64,000 nucleotides of DNA from Lophium mytilinum (taxonomy: Eukaryota), in assembly GCA_010093605.1 (NCBI GenBank), contig MU004185.1, positions 145,334 through 209,333 on the forward strand, in the 5' to 3' direction. The notes beneath the pieces are model-generated. The model was given only the letters and a program-made list of their open reading frames with translations, searched no databases and was not told the origin of the DNA. Each line of letters begins with the position of its first letter. Positions within the stretch are counted from its first letter, which is position 1. Below are positions 27,311 through 37,402 of the stretch, piece by piece. Made by a program: the position numbers and the translations under genes.

Positions 27311-29598
27311 AGCGCCTTAGTTTTAGTATAATCTTTTATATATATAGCTTTTAATTTTTCTAACTACTATACGCAACTATATATCTATATTCTCTACTAG
27401 CTTTTAATTTTACTCTAACTACTACTTCTCTAGCCCTACTTTTCTTAGAAAATAAGCGGGCGGATAGAATATATACTCTATTACTAGCGCTAGATATACT
27501 TTAATCTAGTATTATAGGAATAACCTAGCCTTTATATATACTAGTAATAGATAACTATCTACTATATAATAACGCAGTAGAGAAAGGGAAAATAAAGCTA
27601 CCTCTACTCTAATATCTCTAACTCTTTTTATAGTACTATATAAGATTATCTAGAATTATATAAGATTATTTATAATTATTATAGTATACTCTCTATATTC
27701 TTATATTTTAAAAGAGACTCTAGCCTATTTCTTTAAGTATATTTTAGGTTCTATAACTACCCCGCTAGATAGAGAGTATATATTCTTATTATCTTCTAGC
27801 GCATAAGTATACTATAGGCTAGGTTATAAAATAATAGTATTCTAACTTCTAAGATTAGAAGTATAATAGAAGAGACTATAAATAGAGAAGCAGTAACCTA
27901 AAATATAGGTAGAAGAAGTAAAGTATACTAATATAGAGGGAAATAAGAGATATAGAAGAAGTAAATAGAAAGAAGGGGCTATAGAGGTAGTAGCGTTATA
28001 GCTATAATACTAGAGGCTATTCTATAATATAGATATAAGAGACTACTACTAAAGCTTATATTAGTAGTAGAATAGTTATATACTTTTTATTATTTATAGA
28101 TAGTTATATACTACGGCCTAACTCTTAAATAATAGGTCTTAGTAGTAATATAGTAAGAGTCTATTTAAGAATATATTAAGTATTCTAATTATAATTTATA
28201 AGCTAGACCTAGCGCTAAATTATAGAATAGATAAATTATATCTTTTCTATCTATTCTCTATATATCTATTAAATCTACTTTTTAACTACTATAGCTCTAA
28301 CTTTACTATACTAACTATTTATAGAATAAAGATTAGATATTCTAGCCTAAGTATTTACTATTTCTACTTACTTCTACCCCCGCCTTACACTACTATAGAG
28401 AGGGAAGAGCGGTAAATAGAATTATTTTATAGTAGAATATAGGTAGTATTATATATAGGGTATATATATATTAGCTCTAGTACTACTAAGGCTAATTAGG
28501 TAAAAGATACTATAGAACTAAATTATTAATAGTTTAAAATAATAGATAATAATTAAGTATTATTAGGCTATATAGTATATAGGTAAACTACTACTAGTCT
28601 ATATAGTAATATTACCTGCGCTAGTAGTTTATATAGATGTTATATAATTTATATAGTTTACTAGAAGTTTATACTATTTACTACTAAGTACTAATAGCTC
28701 TAACTTTTATAGTTTTAGGTTTTCCTAATAAAGGAGTAGAGTATAACTAGATAGTTTTAAAGGGGTTATTACTAATAAATTAGATTAATCTTCTCTTATA
28801 ATGTTTATTAAGTATAGGAAGATTCCCCTTTCTAAGCGCTTTCTTCTACGGGGTCCCATTAATTTTGCGCATTTATCGAATTATCGAGGTAACAGTTAAT
28901 TTTAGAATGTTGGATTCCCAGCCGATATTCCTATGGAAATAGCCCATTGTGTAGAGCGTCCATACAAGCTTAAGGTCTCCTTCCTCATGCTTGCGCCTCT
29001 TGGTCTTCCGTTGCTTTGGTTTTGGTGCTATTTGGATGAATTTTGACCGAGGAGTGTGGGTTTGAAGAGGGGTATATAGGCACGGTGCATCTTGTATTCG
29101 GCTGATTGACTACTCACGCCCTGGACCCGACTGTACTACTATGTTGTTGGTAAGTAAATCTCCGGTTGGTGAAGTACTAACAGTATAATTGTACGACCGT
29201 TGTGTCCTCGCATCTTCATCGGAAGCTGTTGAGTATGTGATATCACGTGCTAAGTATTTTTTGGTTAGCGCTACTTGGGTTCCACTTTTCTCGAGAGCTC
29301 CACTCCTTAAACTCACCTGCAACCTCTCCTCCATCTATCGCGCAGCATCAAGCTTCCATTCTATATTACAACTAAAAAGCTTCTTTAGATACTAACCCTG
29401 CGTAACTTCCCTCCTGTTAGCCGATCATAGCCTCCTCCTTTTGTGATGGCGGCATCTTCACGTCCTCATACGCGGAAAGCATGCAGCCACCCAGCACCGC
29501 CCTCTTACACGAGAGGGGCGATGCATCGTTTTTCGGCTCGGGTAGCTCATTATTGGCCCATTACTGTATCAGTATGCATCTTGCTCCTAAAATAAAGC

Positions 29599-30765
29599 AT
29601 GGGTGGAGCGCCACGTTCTCAGCCTTGCAGCAGGACGGGAGAGATGCCAATCGTATTTAGAGCGGGATTTTCGCCCTTTTCTCCGCTTCTCTTTGGCCGT
29701 CCGTTTGGTCAGTGCGGTGTTGTTGCTTTCGAGGACACGATGAGTACTATCATCATCACCTCTGAAGTCGTCATAGTGCCGACGGTCTCGAGTTACAGTC
29801 CCAGCACCGTTGTTGTATTCATAACGGCAATCACCACGCCAGCCTCCACATCATCCTACTACACTAGCCCTACGTCGTCGACCGCAGCTACAACACCCAT
29901 AGTAACAGCCTCTGATACAACAAGACCGTCCCACACTCCATCACCAGGCCTCTCAATCGGCGCCAAGTTAGGCATCGGCATCAGCATCCCGCTCGCCGTG
30001 GTCGCTATAGCATTCGGCATCGCTTTTTTCTTTCACAGGAGACATAAAAGGGCAAATTCAACTCCAGGATCAGGCGACACTGAGACGACATACGCAAACC
30101 TTGCAGATAAGCCCTTGCCTCTCGTCGCAGAGCTGCAGGGCCATAGTACGGTTCCGAGCTGGCGTGCGCCTGACGCGCGTCCTGTTATCCACGAGCTCCC
30201 TGGAACTCCTCCTACCGCTACTGGATACTACCGCCCTAATTCTGCGAGCTCCTCTGTACATGAGCTACGCCAAGTGGACGCCGCGCAGAAACCGGATGCG
30301 CGCGAGCTACAGCGTCAGGCTTCGTTAGCTGCCTCTGAACACGTGCCACACGAACTTTCGGCCTCGGGGTCACGGCAGGCGACTAATGTGCCTCCCCTCC
30401 CTACCGGTTCTCCCACTGTAGCCCCTGACCCCTTAGTTTCGTCGACAGTCCAGCCATCAAGATCGCACAACACTACCCCACCACCGACAGCGTCTGAGAT
30501 CACCGATCATCCACGTCGCCCTACCTCCCCTATCGATGATAATGCTAGCGTCCATGTTTCTCGGCATGCGTCAGCTATAGCGAGTAGAACAACCAACGAT
30601 GATGCAGAGCTGGCGCAGATAGAAGAAGCTATGACGCGGCTACGGAATCAGAAGAAATTATTACAAGAGCTGAGAGATGTGGAGAGACAAGAAGCGGATA
30701 TGGAAAGACGGAGGAAAGAGTTGAGGATGGCGAGAGATAGAGGAGGAGGAGGACTAGGGGATTAA
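29599..30765 (+). CDS. Ser/Thr-rich single-pass transmembrane protein (Mid2/SKG6-like TM motif) with C-terminal coiled coil; true start uncertain
   Basis: An S/T-rich stretch precedes GLSIGAKLGIGISIPLAVVAIAFGIAFFF-HRRHKR (TM plus basic stop-transfer). Repeated (H/A)EL motifs and a charged heptad tail follow. Confidence 0.75.
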   Translation: MGGAPRSQPCSRTGEMPIVFRAGFSPFSPLLFGRPFGQCGVVAFEDTMSTIIITSEVVIVPTVSSYSPSTVVVFITAITTPASTSSYYTSPTSSTAATTPIVTASDTTRPSHTPSPGLSIGAKLGIGISIPLAVVAIAFGIAFFFHRRHKRANSTPGSGDTETTYANLADKPLPLVAELQGHSTVPSWRAPDARPVIHELPGTPPTATGYYRPNSASSSVHELRQVDAAQKPDARELQRQASLAASEHVPHELSASGSRQATNVPPLPTGSPTVAPDPLVSSTVQPSRSHNTTPPPTASEITDHPRRPTSPIDDNASVHVSRHASAIASRTTNDDAELAQIEEAMTRLRNQKKLLQELRDVERQEADMERRRKELRMARDRGGGGLGD

Positions 30766-31058
30766 ATATTACAGGAGCGATAAAGGAGTGAGTGGTGTGT
30801 ATATAGGAGGGTGCCCCCGTGAGGCTATAATAAGCTAATCGTAGCGATCTCTACAATACTAGAGTCTATCATTGCAAGGACAGGATCATTGAAAGAATCC
30901 TTGATATGATCACGTGAGTAGCATGTTACGCAAATGCGGAGCAGTATGACGAATCCACGATCGACGTGGCAGCTGATTTACAATACACAGCAGTTGCATG
31001 CTTTATCCTAACTCAAGAACCTTTCAAGAAGGGTGAAAGCTTCTGTAAAAATGCCAAT

Positions 31059-32864
31059 ATGATCGATTCTAAGCCAATAAAATTGGTGGCGGTGATTGGT
31101 GCTGGAGCCGCAGGTATGTTTTCACGGCCCTCTTTTGCCCTGGGCCACCACCCATCCTTTTCAAACCTAATGACTGCGTATCCTAACCTGTGATTAGGTG
31201 TCATCACCGCAGCGGCACTATCACGGGAAAAGTACTTTGATACTATACGCGTTTTCGAGCGGCGTGGTGGTGTTGGGGGAACCTGGTATGAATTAACTCC
31301 ACTCGTACTTCCACTCACGTTGTCTGTCCCTGCTAACCATATCCTAGGATATATGATGCAGACCCCATACCACCGATTGAGATGTTCCCCGGAGCTCTTC
31401 CGCCAAAGACTGATCCACCGCTTTCAATACCCAAGAGCCTCCCAACGTCAACGCCTCCAAACCGTCAAGAGAGATTCGAGAAAACGCCTATTTATGACTC
31501 TCTCACGTGAGACCTACCCAATCAGCAAAGAAAACTCAAACCATTTATTGATTCAATTTCAATAGTACCAACGTGCCCGACATCGCCATGTCGTTCTCAG
31601 ACATCCCCTTTCCTGGCGGCCCCTTCGTCCCTCACGAAGTCCCCTGCCAGTACCTCGAGGACTACGTCGCCGCTCACAAGCTAGGCTCCTTACTCGTATT
31701 CAATACGACCGTCGAAGACGTCTCCAAACTCCCCTCCCCAAAAGGCCGCGAAAGATGGAAACTCACCCTCCGCCGCCACGACCCTGACCGCTCGGTTGAC
31801 GAGTGGTGGGAGGAAGAATTCGATGCTGTGGTCTTTGGGAACGGGCATTATTCCGTGCCTTTTGTAAGCTCCCCTCTTCTTCTTCCTCTTCTTCTTCTTG
31901 TTCTTCTTCTGCTATTCTCCGAACCACCTACCCTAGACCCACCCAACAGTCATTCTAACGCAGCGTCAAGATCCCCTCGGTAAAAGGCCTAAAAACCTAC
32001 ACAACCCTCTTCCCCCACCGCGTCATCCACTCCAAATACTACCGCTCCCCCCACCCCTACACCGCCAAAAACGTCCTCATCATCGGCAACTCCGCCTCCG
32101 GCCACGACATCACTGCCGACCTCATCCCCCACGCCGCCCACCCCGTCTACCAATCCCGCCGCTCGCCCTCCCGCTGGGACGGGCCCGAACCCCCGCCCGG
32201 CATGGCCTGGAAACCCCTCATCACCGAGTACCTCCCCAGCGGCCGCATCCTGTTCGAAGACGGCACGTTCCTCGACGACATCGACACGGTTATCTACAGC
32301 GCAGGCTACCAGCCCTCGTTCCCGTTCTGGAACGAGCGCGCTAACGGCGGTCCGCTCTGGGATTATGAGAACGGGAAAGTGGTGGGTGGGTATTGGCATA
32401 CTTTCTTGCATGCGTATCCGACGGTTGGGTTGGTGGGCGTGCCGCGCGTGCTGACGTTCAGAAGTTGGGAGTATCAGGCTATTACGCTGGCGCGGGTGTT
32501 TGCGGGGCGGCTTTCGAAGCCGCTCCCGCCTAGAGCGGAGCAGGAGAGGTGGGAGTGGGAGAGGGCGGAGAGGACGAGGAGGGAGGGGCAGAAGTTTCAT
32601 GATGTGCGGTGGGAGACGGGGGAGACATTTGGGTGGTTGAGGGCGCTGTTTGAGTGGGCGGGGTTGGGGACGTTGGAGGGGGAGGGGAGGTTGCCGCCGG
32701 CATTGACGAGGGAGGTGGTGTGGGCGATTGAGCATTTGAGGAAGTATCCGGAGCCGGGGAAGGGGGGGAGGGATAGGGATGGGGATGGGGAGAAGGAGGG
32801 GGGGAATGAGGAGGAGTGGGTGGTTGTGAGGGAGCCGAAAAAGGATTTGTTGCATTTTATTTAA
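31059..32864 (+). CDS. Flavin-containing monooxygenase (FMO-like, yeast Fmo1 thiol-specific type), 5 exons
   Basis: Spliced VAVIGAGAAG (FAD site), FERRGGVGGTW, YDSLT/TNVPDIAMSF, FDAVVFGNGHYSVP, FPHRVIHSKYYR (FMO motif) and IIGNSASGHD (NADPH site). GT-AG introns at ~31,114-31,197, 31,286-31,347, ~31,507-31,565 and 31,864-31,970. Confidence 0.93.
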
Positions 32865-33462
32865 ATAGATGAGATTGAAGCATGCCTATCTTCAGTCAAC
32901 CTCCTCTTGAGGATCCGAGTTCAATGCCACCGAGAGCAAAAATAATGTCCTCTGTACGTTCTGCCTGAGGCATGAAGACATGAGCACGCTACTCCACATA
33001 TAGCAAGGCGCATTTCCTTCCACCTCAACCGCAGGTGTTCCAGGCAACCTCCAACCACGGCTGCAATCGGATTGGACAACCATCAGCCTATCAACTCCAT
33101 GTTATTGGTGGTAGTAGCCGGAAAAGCCACGACTGAAAGCACTTATCGCCCCACAGATACGAGATGCACGCCAGCCCCATGTCTCAGACCCCTCACCTAG
33201 GCGTGAACAACAGAACAACGTTAGGTAGCCTTCCACATCTCAGTTCATTCTATTTTCATCGTCATCTTCTTCTTTACACCAATTTCATTGATGGGCGAGG
33301 GATTCCGTATGCTACGCTACGCGTTGGAGTGATGCTATGCCGTCCACCTTGAATCTGTGTAGAGGCCCAGGCAGAACTCTTTCCATCCAGCCTTGCGCGT
33401 CTGTAGAGGGCGGCTGCGAGCTTCATCGATTTGGGCGGAACCAGCCTTGTTTGGAAGCCGTT

Positions 33463-34965
33463 ATGTCGACTGGCACTTCCTCGAGCCGACCCGCTGCGAC
33501 GGCATCGATTTTCTTTGACAATTTGTCAAGAAGTCTATCGACATTCCCACGTGTGCCTTTTTCAATTGTTCCATCTCTCAGGATCCCAGGGAATGTTCGC
33601 CAAACTAGCAAGAAGAATTGCAATGCTGGTCCAAAAGTTCCACCCTTTCTCAACCTCCCGGTAGAACTGCTCCAAGCTATTTCCCTCTTTCTACCGGAAT
33701 CGTCTTTCGTGTCGCTCACCTTGACCTGTACGGGTCTAGCTGTGGCACTTGGCACCCAGCCATGGACTTCCCTTACCAAGTCATCACGTTTCGAAGATCC
33801 TGATGACGATGAGGAATACCAAAACCTTCTCATCCTCCTCCAACGAGATCGGCCCAGCTATCGCCTGTGTAAGCCTTGCGGCACCATTCACAGCCCCAGA
33901 GCCTCCACTGTCTCTATTCCTCGGAACGTCCTGACCAAGCGAAATGAGCCGCCATCAATTCTTCGGCATACCGCGCTTTATTTCCTCGAACCAGGGCTGT
34001 GGCAGGAGTCCTCTTATCCTATTAACGGTAATGAAATTAAAGTCGTACCAGGTATGAAAGACCGGATTCGACGTCCGGCATACTGGGTATCTCGTGCACA
34101 TATCGAGGCGGCCATAGCGAGTCGCATATGTCTCGCCACTCTATCTTGCAAAGCAAAGTACGCCATACCAATCACGCTTTACGACAATTCACTTGACGAC
34201 GGGTCCTCCAGTTCTCTAGATACTCTGCTCGAATTTGAATACGAGGTTACGCCGCTCCGGGTTCGTCGGAAACTACTACTCTTTAAAACAACCTTCACAT
34301 TCCGATTTGTGACCAAGGACCCGAATGATCCCGAGCAGAGGCGGCTGGACGCCGTGGGCAAGCAACATGAGGTCAGCATGTTCAATACCATGGTGAAATA
34401 TGTGGATATGCGGCCGTGTGTGCATGCGCCGTCGGATCTTCTTGTCGACGAGGTCTTGTGCCTTTTGTTTCACCAAACTATGGGAGCGCCGCATCAGACT
34501 TGTGTGGTCTGCGAACGGGCAATTGTGGCGGAGAGGGACCGGAATGGTTCTGGTTCTGGATCAAATGCGGCCACCACCGCCACAGTTGCAGCACCACCAA
34601 ATGCTGCAGCACCTATGTCTACGGCCCTTCCAGTCCCATCCTCTGCTTCCGATGGAGATAAAAGTATCCCCACCGGACATGATACTGCTGGGATGACTAA
34701 GGGCGACCAGAGGGAGGAAGCTCAACGCCGATTGAAGCAGGAAGCCTGGTACTCAGGTCGCTCCTGCGACTGCATCAGGGACTATGAACTATCTCTTATG
34801 AGCGAGGCGCCACAGAACGGGGAATCAAACCATCGCATTGATAACGTGGAAGTCAAGATCTGGAATCTTTTTGGCGAGCAACCGGGTAAGAGAGACGCAG
34901 TACTCAGGCAGCCGGGGGTGTTGGAGAGCTTGTGGTATGATGAGCAGTGGGATGAGGTGGTATAA
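33463..34965 (+). CDS. F-box domain protein (ORF open from 33,337; likely start 33,463)
   Basis: FLNLPVELLQAISLFLPESSFVSLTLTC F-box motif, then LLQRDRP..RLCKPC..IH as in fungal F-box proteins; long intronless ORF. Confidence 0.75.
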   Translation: MSTGTSSSRPAATASIFFDNLSRSLSTFPRVPFSIVPSLRIPGNVRQTSKKNCNAGPKVPPFLNLPVELLQAISLFLPESSFVSLTLTCTGLAVALGTQPWTSLTKSSRFEDPDDDEEYQNLLILLQRDRPSYRLCKPCGTIHSPRASTVSIPRNVLTKRNEPPSILRHTALYFLEPGLWQESSYPINGNEIKVVPGMKDRIRRPAYWVSRAHIEAAIASRICLATLSCKAKYAIPITLYDNSLDDGSSSSLDTLLEFEYEVTPLRVRRKLLLFKTTFTFRFVTKDPNDPEQRRLDAVGKQHEVSMFNTMVKYVDMRPCVHAPSDLLVDEVLCLLFHQTMGAPHQTCVVCERAIVAERDRNGSGSGSNAATTATVAAPPNAAAPMSTALPVPSSASDGDKSIPTGHDTAGMTKGDQREEAQRRLKQEAWYSGRSCDCIRDYELSLMSEAPQNGESNHRIDNVEVKIWNLFGEQPGKRDAVLRQPGVLESLWYDEQWDEVV

Positions 34966-35697
34966 GTATGCTTCGAGTGACATTCATAACCACGGTAATT
35001 TTACATCTTTAATTCAATACTTTCATTGATCTAGTGATGTCTCAATGTCCTGTCTGCTGCATCAAAACGTACGTCCAACTAGTGAGAATCAAGACGACGG
35101 CAACTTTACATGGTGAGCGTGATTATTCACTATACGTCTGGGGTGCTTCAAGATATATCGACACCCGCAAAGATCACACGGAGGCGGTAAGGATCAAGAC
35201 CACGCAGACTTTACATCATATGTACAAATATCTCTACCACTCTTCGGGGGTGCCTCAACATTCTCTCAACCTCCGTAGAGTCTATATCCAACGGGTTCAG
35301 GTCGAGATCACTGGGATTTTACATCGAAGTCTCATTTTCAGTGCGTTCTTCTATGACCCCCCTCTGGGGTACTTCAAGAGCTTATCAGCCCCAGCAGAAC
35401 TCACGTCTCACGCACGCGATTTGAACCCTTCGACCTTCGCCATCTTTCTTACCGCCACAGAATGGATACCCAGCAGAATAATGGTGTCTAACAGTCACGC
35501 CGGCCTAAGAGTGAGTTACATTGTCCCACTCACCGCCCCACTTTTCCCTCTGTCGTCACATAAACCCACATCAACGTCTCTTGCTCACACCTTCACGCCT
35601 TCAAGATTCACATCACCGTACCTCGCCGTGCCGTCACGCCGCCAAAAGCCAAACAACGCGCTAATAGACCAAGAAACAGCCACAGCAAGCGCCTACA

Positions 35698-36385
35698 ATG
35701 ACCGACAGCGTCCCCCCAAGCCTCACAGACGGCATCACCGAAGTGTCTACTGCCGGCCCGCCAACACCTCCTCCAGGTAGGGGTCTGCCGCACGTTCCCG
35801 GCCCTGATATCAACAACTGGCTCGAGAACGTCGCCGCAAATACTCCCACTCCGCCGCCTCGTCCTGCCGATGTTCCAGCAGAAGACACGCAAGTGTGGCC
35901 GCATCCTCCGCCGCCGCCTGCACCCCGCCCGAGAGTTGCGCAGCTTCATCGCCCAGTTGGCATGGATGTGTTTGCTTTTGCGCCCCCTCCGCGTCCTGAG
36001 CCGGCTACGCTGCGTCTGGAAGAGACTACGATGCGTCCTGGACCAACTACGCAGCGCTCTGAGCCTACCCCTCCGCGTGCTGAACCAACTACGCCGCCTC
36101 TCGAGTCTACTGCACTACGTTCTGAAGCTACTACGCCACGTCCTGAACCGACTCCGCAGCGTCCTGAGCCTACCACCCCGCCTGCCGAACCGACCCCTCT
36201 ACGTCTTGAACCAACTACGCCGCGTCCCTGAGCCCACTACACTGCGTGCTGAAGCGACTACGCCGTGTGCCGAAGCGACTACACCGCGTGCCGAATCTAT
36301 CACTCTGTGTCCCGAACCTACCACACCGCGTCTTGAGGATTGGGGGATGACTAAGGGAGCGGGAGTGCTGCAGGCTTTGCTATAA
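35698..36385 (+). pseudogene. Pro-rich protein with 7-aa (R-P/A-E-P-T-T-P) tandem repeats, interrupted by a +1 frameshift (or sequencing error)
   Basis: About 16 units of 21 bp at 35,992-36,337. One unit at 36,223 is 22 bp (CCC at 36,226-36,228), and the repeat peptide continues in the shifted frame to a TAA at 36,385. Confidence 0.6.
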
Positions 36386-37402
36386 GTCGGAATTCCGAGG
36401 ACGAAGAGGAGGAGATCTGAAGTGTCCTGCCGAAGAGAAGAGGATTCGGAGTGAAGATTGAAGACCTGGGGGGCTGGGTTCTGCTGCCTCTGATGGACTG
36501 TTGAAGTGGCTTTAGTATGGCAAGCAGCTGTACAAAATGCGATGAGATGACTTGCGATTTGAAAGCCGGTTTTGTGATATAGTGGTTGTGATGGTGAAGT
36601 GCTGCGTGCTTGAGATTGAGTGGTGTGGGGAGGGGTTTTGTGGCCCCACCCCGGGGGTGTTGAGGGGTGCTCTGTGATGAACGAGGGGGTTGGTGGGGCA
36701 TGGGTTGAGTTGGACGTGGTGGTTTAGAATGGTTATATATGTGTTATGAGTATGGTGTATTATTTCTATAGGCTTCAAATTGCACATTGTGAGGGAGAGT
36801 TTTGTGCATGCGATTGATATTGCGAGACCCCTCACGATATTCTAGATTTGAAATCAGGGGATATACCAGTTGCGACTCCTCAAGTCAGCGCCCTCCAAGC
36901 CGCGATTCTGCGGGTATAGTAAATACTTTAAACTACCTCACGACCTTCTATAATTGCAAATAGTAGAAGTAATAGTTGTACCCCTCTAGATTAGCCCCGA
37001 TCTTTCGGCAGTCGCAGTAGACACACAGACACACCCACCGGGGGTGGGAGAATATAACTAGCCAATGTAAAGGTCTTCACACCCTAGATTAGCGCCCTTC
37101 CAGGCGGAATAGAAAATATAATGCGGGCCCTTACAGGTTCGAAATCCTGTTACCTTTGTAGGAGCTCTGCGCATGTCTTTGACGCTTTGAAGCACGCCAC
37201 GAGGATAGGGTCATTGAACCTACTCGATGTCAAGAGCGAGGCAAGCTATATCGGAGCTCCCTTTGCAAACAGGTCTGAGAGCATGAAGTTAGCCCCGGCC
37301 AATAGGATGGCCGAGCTAGTGATCGAGCTTACCGAGAGAATTACGACGTCAATCCCCGATCCCCTGATCTCACCGCTTGCATCGAGTCCATCACAACTCG
37401 CA

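Larger units (their letters stand above)
1..28850. repeat. AT-rich, RIP-degenerated repeat/transposon block
   Basis: TA/TAG/CTA/TAA words dominate and CA/TG dinucleotides are almost absent. There are no long ORFs, and recognisable motifs carry RIP-type changes (W->TAG, Q->TAA/TAG, D->N, G->S/R, H->Y). Composition returns to normal at ~28,850-28,900. Confidence 0.95.

Noticed and set aside
22451..28564. Shared 16-mer ATAATTAAGTATTATT at ~22,451 and ~28,549 as possible element ends
   Set aside because: Low-complexity match that is expected by chance in RIPed AT-rich DNA; no flanking homology or TSD.
31874..31910. Poly-Leu 'TM segment' in ORF 31,573-31,983
   Set aside because: (CTT)n microsatellite inside an FMO intron.
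31989..32855. 288-aa minus-strand Pro/Leu-rich ORF
   Set aside because: Antisense shadow of the FMO last exon caused by its C/G skew.
35034..35780. 248-aa plus-strand ORF
   Set aside because: GTG start, no recognisable motif, and it overlaps the start of the repeat-protein ORF in another frame.
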